A DNA stretch of 14,783 nucleotides from Calditrichia bacterium. GTDB lineage: Bacteria > Calditrichota > Calditrichia > JAJRVZ01. The translations under genes and the position numbers were made by a program. The DNA is taken from contig CAWCNS010000001.1 in assembly GCA_963796965.1 (NCBI GenBank), positions 1-14,783 on the forward strand, given 5' to 3'. This document shows positions 1-8,007 of the stretch, one piece after another; the first letter of the stretch is position 1, and each line of letters opens with the position of its first letter. Under the pieces are notes generated by a model that searched no databases, was not told the DNA's origin, and worked only from the letters and a program-made list of their open reading frames with translations.

Positions 1-115
1 ACAATAATACAACGTTCATTAAACTAATTCTCGAAATTACTTTTATCATCAATCGATTTTAACGCAAGAAAATTTATAAAAACAATTTCTGTTATAAATA
101 TAGGTTAGATCAATT

Positions 116-1057
116 TTGCCATCAAAAGTTCAAATATTATGTGAAAATATAATTAATGGTGATCGGTTGGCAATTGCCCGTGCGATGACTTTAATTGAAA
201 ATGAGCACCCTGAGTCCTACGATCTCCTCAAGACCCTTTTTCCTAACCTAGGAAAAGCCTATCGTATTGGAATTACCGGTCCACCTGGTGCCGGGAAAAG
301 TACATTCACCAATCAATTGACTAAGATATTCAGAAGTGAAGATCTGACTGTTGGAATTATTGCCGTAGATCCGACCAGTCCTTTTACGGGTGGGGCGATT
401 CTTGGAGATCGTATAAGAATGATAGATCATACTTTGGATGAGGGCGTTTTCATTCGGAGTATGGCAACGCGGGGTAATTCCGGAGGACTTGCGCAACAGG
501 CATCTGCATTAGCTGATGTACTCGATGCATCCGGTTTTGATATTATCATATTTGAGACGGTGGGAGTTGGGCAGGTTGAATTGGATGTCGCCGCAGAAGC
601 GGATACAACCCTAGTCATGCTTGTTCCGGAGTCCGGAGATATTATACAGGGATTAAAGTCTGGTCTTATGGAAATTGCAGATATCTTTATACTCAATAAA
701 TCAGATCGTCCCGGAGCAGAACATATGCAAAAAGATCTGGAATATGTCCTTCATCTGAAGGAAGCCGGTGGAAACTGGACTCCGCAAGTCTTCCAAACTA
801 TTGCAACCGAGGGAAAAGGTATAGATGGAATCCGTATTGAGTTGGAAAAGCATAAATCCTTGCTGCTTTCTGAGAATCTTTTTGAGAAGAAACGAGAAAA
901 CCGTCTAAAGAGGCAAATCGAATCAATTATCAGTGAACGCCTGGAGGTGCAATTCTGGAACGAGAAGCGATTACAAATCCTTAGCCAATATTTGGAAAAT
1001 AATAAAGATCAGATATCACCCTACGAATTGGTAGATAAATTGCTCAAGAAAATGTAA
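116..1057 (+). CDS. meaB: MeaB/ArgK-family GTPase, chaperone of B12-dependent acyl-CoA mutase
   Basis: 313-aa ORF with TTG start. Motifs: P-loop GITGPPGAGKST, AVDPTSPFTGGAILGDRIRM, FIRSMATRG, ETVGVGQ, switch III-like GDIIQGLKSG and NKSD. Lies immediately upstream of the mutase genes. Confidence 0.95.
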   Translation: MPSKVQILCENIINGDRLAIARAMTLIENEHPESYDLLKTLFPNLGKAYRIGITGPPGAGKSTFTNQLTKIFRSEDLTVGIIAVDPTSPFTGGAILGDRIRMIDHTLDEGVFIRSMATRGNSGGLAQQASALADVLDASGFDIIIFETVGVGQVELDVAAEADTTLVMLVPESGDIIQGLKSGLMEIADIFILNKSDRPGAEHMQKDLEYVLHLKEAGGNWTPQVFQTIATEGKGIDGIRIELEKHKSLLLSENLFEKKRENRLKRQIESIISERLEVQFWNEKRLQILSQYLENNKDQISPYELVDKLLKKM

Positions 1058-1334
1058 AAATCCACATAGTGCTTTATCGATTGATTAAAATTGACCAGGA
1101 GAGAAACGCATATTTAGATTTTTATGATAAATTCTGGCAATCTTTCTTGGGGAATAGGTGGTCTGGAGAATACGTTTTGATTAACCATTCAATAAATAAT
1201 AAATTATTTTCGATGCAATAATAGGCGTCAATAAACGCTTTCTCCCTGCTCATGCTTGCTCTTTTAAGCAGTTCGGAAAAGTAAAAGTCACTCATAAAGA
1301 AAATCTCACATTGATTTTCCTGATGGAGGAATTA

Positions 1335-2999
1335 ATGTCGAATAAAATAAATAAGATTAAAGAGGAAAAAAAGAAGTGGAAAAATAGAATTGATGAATCT
1401 GTGAGTACACGGGATGCCAAATTTATTACCGCATCCGGGGAACCAGTAGAATTATTGGCTACTCCAGATTTATTGGAGGACTTTGACTATAACCGTGACC
1501 TTGGAATGCCGGGGGAATTCCCCTATACCCGGGGTGTTCATCATAATATGTACCGGGGAAAATTATGGACCATGCGTCAGTTTGCCGGTTTTGGTACACC
1601 GGAAGATTCAAATAAAAGATTTCATTATTTGCTAAACAGTGGCCAAACAGGTCTCTCCATTGCCTTTGACCTTCCAACTCTGATGGGCCTCGATGCAGAT
1701 GATCCACTCAGTGAAGGAGAAGTTGGTATTTGTGGTGTCTCCGTGAGTTCTTTAGAAGATATGGAGATTCTCCTTGATAAAATTCCTCTTGATAAAGTAT
1801 CAACTTCAATGACGATTAATTCACCCGCCGCAATTTTACTGGCCTTCTACATCGCAGTGGCGGAGAAACAGGGCATTCAATCAGAAAAACTTCGCGGCAC
1901 AATACAGAATGATATTTTAAAAGAATATATTGCTCAGAAAGAATTCATCTTCCCTCCTGAACCATCCATGCAAATTATTGTGGATACAATCGAATATTGC
2001 TGTGAAAAACTTCCCCAATGGAATACGATCAGTATCAGCGGGTATCATATTCGGGAAGCGGGTTCCACTGCAGCGCAGGAACTTGCATTTACTCTGGCCG
2101 ATGGATTTGCCTATGTAGAATCAGCATTGGAACGAGGATTAGATATTGATGAATTTGCTCCCCGTTTTTCCTTTTTCTTTAATGCACATAATGATTTTTT
2201 TGAGGAGATTGCCAAGTATCGGGCAGCGCGGCGAATCTGGGCAAAACATATGAAAGGTAGATATGGGGCCAAAAATGATCGCTCACTTTTGCTCCGATTT
2301 CATACTCAAACGGCAGGATGTTCTCTTACGGCCCAGCAGCCAGAAAATAATATTGCACGGGTTGCCTACCAGGGTTTGGCTGCGGTGATGGGAGGTACCC
2401 AATCCCTGCACACCAATTCCATGGACGAAACACTGGCTTTGCCTTCAGAAAAAGCAGTAAAGATTGCCCTTCGTTCTCAGCAAGTATTGGCGAATGAAAC
2501 AGGTGTCCCGCATACGATTGATCCATTGGCAGGAAGTTATTTTGTTGAAGATCTTACCAATAAGATGGAACAACAGGCCGAAATGTATTTTAAGAAGATT
2601 GATGATCTCGGTGGTGTTATTCCGGCGATTGAATTAGGCTTTTTTCAAAATGAAATTGCGCGGGCCGCATATAATTATCAAAAGGAAATTGAAAGTCACG
2701 ATAGGATCATCGTAGGGGTAAATGATTTTGTTGAAAAAAATGAGCAGGTTGAAATTCCACTTTTGGAAATAAAAAAAGAAGTGGAAGAAAAACAAGTTGA
2801 AAGGCTGAAAAAACTTAAAGCAACAAGAAATACAAAAGATGTGGAAAATGCTCTCAATCGATTAGATGATGCAGCAGGGTTAGGTCAGAATCTCATGCCA
2901 GAATTCATCAACTGTGCGAAAATGTATGCAACATTAGGGGAAATTGTGGGCATTTTGAGGAAAAGATATGGAGAATATGTTGAAACGGCAGAGTTTTAA
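1335..2999 (+). CDS. icmA: Adenosylcobalamin-dependent acyl-CoA mutase large (substrate-binding) subunit, isobutyryl-CoA mutase type (IcmA-like)
   Basis: MCM-family motifs [60 protein letters not shown] and GGTQSLHTN; no C-terminal DxHxxG domain. Start placed at ATG 1335 after GGAGG (1325-1329), giving 554 aa. Family assignment is near certain. The icmA name rests on Phe (1581-1583) and Gln (1935-1937) at the specificity positions. Confidence 0.85.
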   Translation: MSNKINKIKEEKKKWKNRIDESVSTRDAKFITASGEPVELLATPDLLEDFDYNRDLGMPGEFPYTRGVHHNMYRGKLWTMRQFAGFGTPEDSNKRFHYLLNSGQTGLSIAFDLPTLMGLDADDPLSEGEVGICGVSVSSLEDMEILLDKIPLDKVSTSMTINSPAAILLAFYIAVAEKQGIQSEKLRGTIQNDILKEYIAQKEFIFPPEPSMQIIVDTIEYCCEKLPQWNTISISGYHIREAGSTAAQELAFTLADGFAYVESALERGLDIDEFAPRFSFFFNAHNDFFEEIAKYRAARRIWAKHMKGRYGAKNDRSLLLRFHTQTAGCSLTAQQPENNIARVAYQGLAAVMGGTQSLHTNSMDETLALPSEKAVKIALRSQQVLANETGVPHTIDPLAGSYFVEDLTNKMEQQAEMYFKKIDDLGGVIPAIELGFFQNEIARAAYNYQKEIESHDRIIVGVNDFVEKNEQVEIPLLEIKKEVEEKQVERLKKLKATRNTKDVENALNRLDDAAGLGQNLMPEFINCAKMYATLGEIVGILRKRYGEYVETAEF

Positions 3000-3145
3000 G
3001 AAAAAAGAAAAAAGACGAAAGAATTAAGAAAAAAGAAAAGAGTTGAAAGATGAAATACTAAATTCGTTTAATCCAATACTACGTATATGCGATTGGAACG
3101 GTTAAATTTGCTTTAAGCTTTTATCTTTGTTCTTTAATCTTATTT
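2998..3145. repeat. Inverted pair of 7-nt-period arrays, (AAGNNNN)x8 ... (CTTNNNN)x5, around a hairpin core
   Basis: Left 2998-3053: AAGAAAA AAGAAAA AAGACGA AAGAATT AAGAAAA AAGAAAA GAGTTGA AAGATGA. Right 3111-3145: CTTTAAG CTTTTAT CTTTGTT CTTTAAT CTTATTT. Core has TCCAAT (3072-3077) / ATTGGA (3092-3097). Confidence 0.75.
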
Positions 3146-3156
3146 TGGGAGAAAAT

Positions 3157-3555
3157 ATGGCACATAAATTGCGTGTATTAGTTGCAAAACCCGGTCTGGA
3201 TGGACATGATCGTGGAGCAAAAGTAATCGCTGCCGCTATGAGAGATGCAGGATTTGAAGTTATTTATGCGGGTTTGCGGCAAACACCAGAAATGATCGTT
3301 GAAACAGCTATTCAAGAAGATGTGGATATTATTGCCTTAAGTATATTGTCTGGTGCGCATATGACCGTTTTTCCAAGGGTTCTGGATCTGATGAAAAAAA
3401 ACAAAATATTGGATAAATTGCTTACAGGCGGTGGAATAATACCTACTGATGATATGAAAACATTATATAAAATGGGTGTTGGGCAACTGTTTGGTCCCGG
3501 GGCGACCACCAAAGAAGCAATATCTTATATGCAGAATTGGGCAAGCCAGCGCTGA
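3157..3555 (+). CDS. icmB: Cobalamin-binding small subunit of the acyl-CoA mutase (IcmB-like)
   Basis: [11 protein letters not shown] (DxHxxG), [14 protein letters not shown] and FGPG motifs. ATG 3157 is preceded by GGGAG (3147-3151); 132 aa. Confidence 0.88.
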   Translation: MAHKLRVLVAKPGLDGHDRGAKVIAAAMRDAGFEVIYAGLRQTPEMIVETAIQEDVDIIALSILSGAHMTVFPRVLDLMKKNKILDKLLTGGGIIPTDDMKTLYKMGVGQLFGPGATTKEAISYMQNWASQR

Positions 3556-3579
3556 GGAGACTTTATCTCATCAAACCAA

Positions 3580-4264
3580 ATGAAAAATCAATCACAAACT
3601 GGCCTGAAAGGGACAGACCAAGAGAAAAACTATTTCATCTTGGTGCAGAAAACTTGAGTTCGGCAGAACTTTGGCCATCCTAATTGCAAGTGGTACAAGA
3701 AAACAAAGTGCTTTAGACCTTGGGAAGGCATTAGTTAGAAGATTCAATACTTTAGAAAATCTGTCACAGGCTTCAATTGAAGAATTGCAAATGCTTGATG
3801 GTATCGGGCCTGCGAAAGCGATAACACTTTTGGCATCTTTTCAATTGTCACGTAATATGAAGTTAGAAATGGCCGAAAACCAAATCGTCTATTTCAAAAG
3901 TCCGGCCGATGTAGCCGGGATTTTTATCCCCAAACTTGGACATTTAAAACAGGAAGTTTTCTCCATTGCACTTCTGGATTCAGCCGGCAAGTATATTTAT
4001 AGCCGTGATATAACCCGCGGAACGATCAATGCCTCATTAATTCATCCCCGGGAAGTGTTCAGAGTTGCAATTAAAGAAGCTGCCGCAGGAATAATTCTTG
4101 TTCATAATCATCCCTCAGGACAATTCAGACCCAGCAAGGAAGATCTATCTGTCACACGGCAATTAGTAGAGGCTGGAGAAGTTGTAGGAATCTCTGTAAA
4201 AGATCATTTAATTATTGCCGGAAATCAGTTTATAAGTCTTAAAGAGGAAGGATATATCTCCTGA
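3580..4264 (+). pseudogene. radC: RadC (JAB/MPN domain) protein; reading frame broken as sequenced, possibly by sequencing indels
   Basis: The RadC N-terminus SITNWPERDRPREKLFHLGAENLSSAEL (3588-3671) is in a different frame from LAILIASG...GIGPAKA...HPREVF...HNHPSG...PSKED...DHLII (3671-4264). One extra T in the TTT at 3670-3672 joins them. ATG 3580 would need one more A in AAAAA (3583-3587) to be in frame, so the start is uncertain. Confidence 0.88.
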
Positions 4265-4312
4265 CTAAATTTTTTCAGACTGATAATTTCAAAATGATTT
4301 AAAGAGGATGTA

Positions 4313-5863
4313 ATGAATCGAAACGAACAATTAGATTTTCTAGAACAAATGGAACGCGAAAGTTTGCTTGGTGGTGGAGAAAAAAGAATCAATGCGCAGC
4401 ATGATAAAGGTAAACTGACAGCACGGGAAAGAATTGATTTGTTTTTAGATGAGGGCTCATTTGTTGAAATAGATCGGTTTGTAAAACATCGCAGCCATGA
4501 CTTTGGGTTGGAGAAACAACGCATACCAGGCGACGGCGTTATTACCGGGTATGGATATGTTGAAGGTAGAAAGATATTTGTTTTTAGCCAGGATTTTACG
4601 GTTTTTGGTGGGAGTTTGTCTGAAACTTTCGCAGAAAAAATATGCAAAATTATGGATATGGCGATGAAAGTCGGTGTACCAGTTATTGGCCTTAATGACT
4701 CAGGAGGTGCCCGAATTCAGGAGGGAGTGGTCAGTCTGGGAGGATACGCTGATATCTTTTTAAGGAATACATTGGCTTCTGGTGTTATCCCTCAGATATC
4801 TTGTGTAATGGGACCCTGTGCCGGAGGGGCGGTTTATTCTCCTGCAATCACTGATTTTATTCTGATGGTGAAACACACCAGTTATATGTTTGTGACAGGA
4901 CCCAATGTTGTTAAAACAGTAACCCACGAAACTGTTGATTCAGAATCACTTGGTGGCGCGAAAACCCATGCGACTAAGAGTGGGGTTGCCCACATTATTT
5001 GTCAAAATGAGATGGATGCCATCCACAAACTCCGGACATTATTAAGTTATCTTCCTTCAAATAATTTAGAGGATCCGCCAAGAATTGAAACAGATGACAG
5101 ACCGGACAGACGGGACGAAAGGCTAGATGAACTTATCCCGGATGATCCCAGCCAGCCCTATGATATGAAAAAAGTAATTCAGATCATTATGGACGAATCA
5201 AATTTTTTTGAAATTCATGAATCTTATGCGGCAAATATTATTGTCGGATTTGCACGTTTGAATGGGATGTCTGTTGGCATTATTGCAAATCAGCCCGCTG
5301 TATTAGCTGGTGTTCTGGATATAAATTCTTCCATAAAAGCGGCGCGATTTATCCGATTTTGTGATGCCTTTAATATTCCTTTGATTACTTTTGTTGATGT
5401 CCCCGGATTTTTACCGGGAACTGATCAGGAATGGGGTGGTATCATAAAACATGGTGCCAAACTCCTCTATGCCTATTGTGAAGCAACCGTTCCAAAAATA
5501 ACAGTAATAACCAGAAAGGCTTATGGAGGAGCATATGATGTTATGAGTTCCAAACATATCCGGGCAGATGTTAATTTGGCCTGGCCGATGGCTGAAATCG
5601 CTGTTATGGGACCAAAAGGAGCTGCAGAGATCATATTTCGCAAAGAAATCAAGGAAAGTGATAATCCCGATGCAATGCTGGCGGAGAAGGAAAAATTGTA
5701 TCGAGAAAAATTCGCTAATCCTTATCTGGCTGCTGAACGTGGTTATATTGATGAAATAATTCGTCCGGCGGAGACGCGGTTTCGCTTAATTCAATCACTT
5801 CAGATTCTAGAAAATAAAATTGACGAGAATCCGAAGAAAAAACATGGTAATATTCCATTATAG
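4313..5863 (+). CDS. pccB: Acyl-CoA carboxylase carboxyltransferase subunit (propionyl-CoA carboxylase beta / methylmalonyl-CoA decarboxylase alpha family)
   Basis: Motifs [60 protein letters not shown] and C-terminal [16 protein letters not shown] precedes the ATG. Confidence 0.93.
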   Translation: MNRNEQLDFLEQMERESLLGGGEKRINAQHDKGKLTARERIDLFLDEGSFVEIDRFVKHRSHDFGLEKQRIPGDGVITGYGYVEGRKIFVFSQDFTVFGGSLSETFAEKICKIMDMAMKVGVPVIGLNDSGGARIQEGVVSLGGYADIFLRNTLASGVIPQISCVMGPCAGGAVYSPAITDFILMVKHTSYMFVTGPNVVKTVTHETVDSESLGGAKTHATKSGVAHIICQNEMDAIHKLRTLLSYLPSNNLEDPPRIETDDRPDRRDERLDELIPDDPSQPYDMKKVIQIIMDESNFFEIHESYAANIIVGFARLNGMSVGIIANQPAVLAGVLDINSSIKAARFIRFCDAFNIPLITFVDVPGFLPGTDQEWGGIIKHGAKLLYAYCEATVPKITVITRKAYGGAYDVMSSKHIRADVNLAWPMAEIAVMGPKGAAEIIFRKEIKESDNPDAMLAEKEKLYREKFANPYLAAERGYIDEIIRPAETRFRLIQSLQILENKIDENPKKKHGNIPL

Positions 5864-5916
5864 AACAAACTAGCCTTTAGACGTGCGACGGGCTATTAAT
5901 TTGATGACCAAGACTA

Positions 5917-6792
5917 ATGTTGAAAATTAATAAGTTTAAATTTCCACCACCTGCTGATCTTGTAAATATTGGTTATCAACTTTTTATAATGATAATTATT
6001 ATCTTTCATTTTTTCTCAATTCCCCAGGCGCCCTATTTTCTAATTTACCATATTGTGATTATATTTTTCCTTCTTTGGCTTTCAAATACAAAAGAGAATA
6101 GATACGTACGTTGGTTAAGAAATTTTAATCCTATTATAATTATATCTACATCCTTTACAGAATTACATTATCTTGTACACAATGTAAATCCTGTGGATTT
6201 CGATCAACTTCTTATACTTATTGACTATGCAATTTTCGGAGTGCATCCAACAGTCTGGTTGGAACCGTATTCTCATCCGATCCTGATAGAATATTTACAA
6301 ATTGTTTATGCTATCTTTTATTTTCTTCCAATCATTCTTGCTGGAATTCTGTATAAACGAAAAGATTGGGAGGGATTTCATTACTTTGTTTTTGTAATCG
6401 TTTTCGGTTTTTATTTTTCTTATCTAACTTATTTCTTTGTCCCTGCTATTGGCCCACGTTTTACTCTGGATCATCTTCAAAACGGACCGGTACTCGGTTT
6501 ATGGTTCACGGATGGCATCCGATATACTTTGAATGCTTTAGAGAATATTCAGAGGGATGCTTTTCCCAGCGGACATACTGAGATTACGCTTCTTACCATG
6601 TTCTTCGCCTGGAGATACAGCAAATTCTTTTTCTGGATTCTTTGCATCATTGGATCGAGTCTAATCATGTCTACAGTAATTCTTCGCTACCATTATGTCA
6701 TCGATGTTATTGCTGGTATTTTATTGACAATTATTGTTGTATCATTGTCTGAACCCCTCTATAATCGATTAAGAAAATTGAGTTCTATTTGA
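5917..6792 (+). CDS. PAP2-superfamily integral membrane phosphoesterase/phosphotransferase, Aur1/Ipt1-like
   Basis: Multiple hydrophobic helices, with motifs FVPAIGPR, DAFPSGHT and LRYHYVIDVIAG. Confidence 0.85.
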   Translation: MLKINKFKFPPPADLVNIGYQLFIMIIIIFHFFSIPQAPYFLIYHIVIIFFLLWLSNTKENRYVRWLRNFNPIIIISTSFTELHYLVHNVNPVDFDQLLILIDYAIFGVHPTVWLEPYSHPILIEYLQIVYAIFYFLPIILAGILYKRKDWEGFHYFVFVIVFGFYFSYLTYFFVPAIGPRFTLDHLQNGPVLGLWFTDGIRYTLNALENIQRDAFPSGHTEITLLTMFFAWRYSKFFFWILCIIGSSLIMSTVILRYHYVIDVIAGILLTIIVVSLSEPLYNRLRKLSSI

Positions 6793-6966
6793 CATATTCC
6801 CAACGTTTATGAGTATATACGTTGTTATATGAATTTGGCCATCATTCCCAATATTTAAAAAATATTAAACAATATTCTTAAATCTAAGAAGGTGTTGATG
6901 ATAAATTATTTCTTTAATCTTTTAATTATTAATAAGTTAGCCCTCATTGTTGATGCCGTAAATTAA

Positions 6967-6982
6967 TGGCATTCAAGTTGCA
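6967..6982 (+). promoter_or_regulatory. Sigma-54 (RpoN) -24/-12 promoter candidate for the HTH gene
   Basis: TGGCATTCAAGTTGCA versus consensus TGGCAC-N5-TTGCW. GG (6968-6969) and GC (6980-6981) have the canonical spacing, and the site ends 45 nt upstream of the GTG start. Confidence 0.65.
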
Positions 6983-7027
6983 CTTTTTTTGTAAAAGTAA
7001 CTATAATAATAGGTTAGGTAGATCAAA

Positions 7028-7225
7028 GTGGAAGAAAAAAAATACCAGCTTCTGACATTAAAAGAAGCCGCTGAATACCTGCGGATGCACAAAGGCAGTC
7101 TGTACCGCTTGTTAGAGAGTGGAAAGACAGATATTCCGGCGATTAAGCTTGGTGGAAAATGGCTGTTTAATTTAGAAAGTTTGAATAAGTATCTCACTGA
7201 AAAGGAAGTGCAACATCAGAGTTAA
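7028..7225 (+). CDS. Small excisionase-family (HTH_17 / truncated MerR-like) DNA-binding protein
   Basis: 65 aa with LLTLKEAAEYLRMHKGSLYRL...IPAIKLGGKWLF, the typical LTxxEAAxYL / IPAxKxGxxWRF pattern. GTG start with AGGT upstream. Confidence 0.88.
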   Translation: MEEKKYQLLTLKEAAEYLRMHKGSLYRLLESGKTDIPAIKLGGKWLFNLESLNKYLTEKEVQHQS

Positions 7226-7256
7226 TTGAGTTTCGAAAATTACTGATGTAAATTTC

Positions 7257-7288
7257 AATCCCCTCTGCAATAGCAGAGGGGATTTTTT
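7257..7288 (+). terminator. Rho-independent terminator after the HTH gene
   Basis: Perfect 12-bp stem AATCCCCTCTGC / GCAGAGGGGATT with loop AATA, running into a T tract. Confidence 0.9.
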
Positions 7289-7291
7289 ATG

Positions 7292-7320
7292 TAGAGATGT
7301 CTGCCCAGCCTTTCTATAAT
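7292..7320 (+). promoter_or_regulatory. Possible sigma-70 promoter of the ccm operon
   Basis: TAGAGA (7292-7297), 17-nt spacer, TATAAT (7315-7320). Lies just after the terminator and 72 nt before ccmA. Confidence 0.4.
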
Positions 7321-7392
7321 AAAATACTGAAGGGGCTTGTTATTAAATAAAGATGTTTTTAGTTTTGGCGATTAAAAATATGACTGGGATTT

Positions 7393-8007
7393 ATGAACTT
7401 AAGTGTTGAGAATATAGAAAAAAACTTTGGAGATAGACGGATCCTTCGTGATATCAATTTTTCTCTGGAATCCGGACAGTCTGCAGCTCTGGTGGGTCCG
7501 AATGGATCTGGAAAAACCACCTTGGTTAAAATTGTCTGCGGTTTGATACGACCATCGCAAGGAAACGTGCAGTTTAGGATTAAGGGTGAGCCAATTGATC
7601 CCCTGGATGTTTATAAACATATTGGCTTGGTAAGTCCCTACCTTGAATTGTATGAAGAATTAACAGCAATAGAGAATCTGAATTTTTTTGGACGAATCAA
7701 AAAGATATCTCATCTTGGTGATAAGATCAGCGACCTGATGAAAAGAGTGAATTTAACCGGGCGAGAAGATGATCCTGTTAAAACTTATTCTTCAGGAATG
7801 CGCCAACGTTTGAAATATGTCTTTGCTCTTTTGGGGAGCCCGGAAGTTCTTATTCTTGATGAACCCACATCAAATCTTGACGTAGATGGTATTGAGCGGG
7901 TTTATAAGATAATGGATGAACAAAAGCAGAAAAAAATATTGCTTATTGCTACCAACGATGAGAATGATCTAAAATATGGAGATTTTCAGATTGCAGTTAA
8001 TGCATAA
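7393..8007 (+). CDS. ccmA: Cytochrome c maturation ABC ATPase CcmA
   Basis: Walker A GPNGSGKT, signature YSSGM and Walker B LILDEP; 204 aa. Overlaps the ccmB start and heads the ccm cluster. Confidence 0.9.
   Translation: MNLSVENIEKNFGDRRILRDINFSLESGQSAALVGPNGSGKTTLVKIVCGLIRPSQGNVQFRIKGEPIDPLDVYKHIGLVSPYLELYEELTAIENLNFFGRIKKISHLGDKISDLMKRVNLTGREDDPVKTYSSGMRQRLKYVFALLGSPEVLILDEPTSNLDVDGIERVYKIMDEQKQKKILLIATNDENDLKYGDFQIAVNA

Noticed and set aside
1..19. Start of a divergent gene on the minus strand (ATG at 19, MNVVLL...)
   Set aside because: Only six codons are visible with a weak RBS; it cannot be supported from this window.
1058..1334. Cobalamin riboswitch upstream of the B12 mutase
   Set aside because: No recognisable GGGAA-GGTG-AA-TCC core, GCCACTG or B12-box (AGYCAGRAGACCTGCC-like) sequence; the region is too AT-rich.
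3066..3107. Integron attC site (GTTTAAT ... GTTAAAT around a hairpin)
   Set aside because: Only 42 nt, the left box is not RYYYAAC, and there is no integrase or cassette array.
5871..5895. Terminator between pccB and the PAP2 gene (TAGCC...GGCTA)
   Set aside because: Short interrupted stem and no U-tract.
6789..6819. Sigma-70 promoter from the perfect TTGACA at 6789-6794
   Set aside because: It overlaps the PAP2 stop codon, and the only -10-like hexamer (TATATA 6814-6819) is 19 nt away.
7028..7225. Prophage/ICE remnant implied by the excisionase-like gene
   Set aside because: No integrase, att repeats, tRNA or other mobile genes; the flanks are housekeeping genes.
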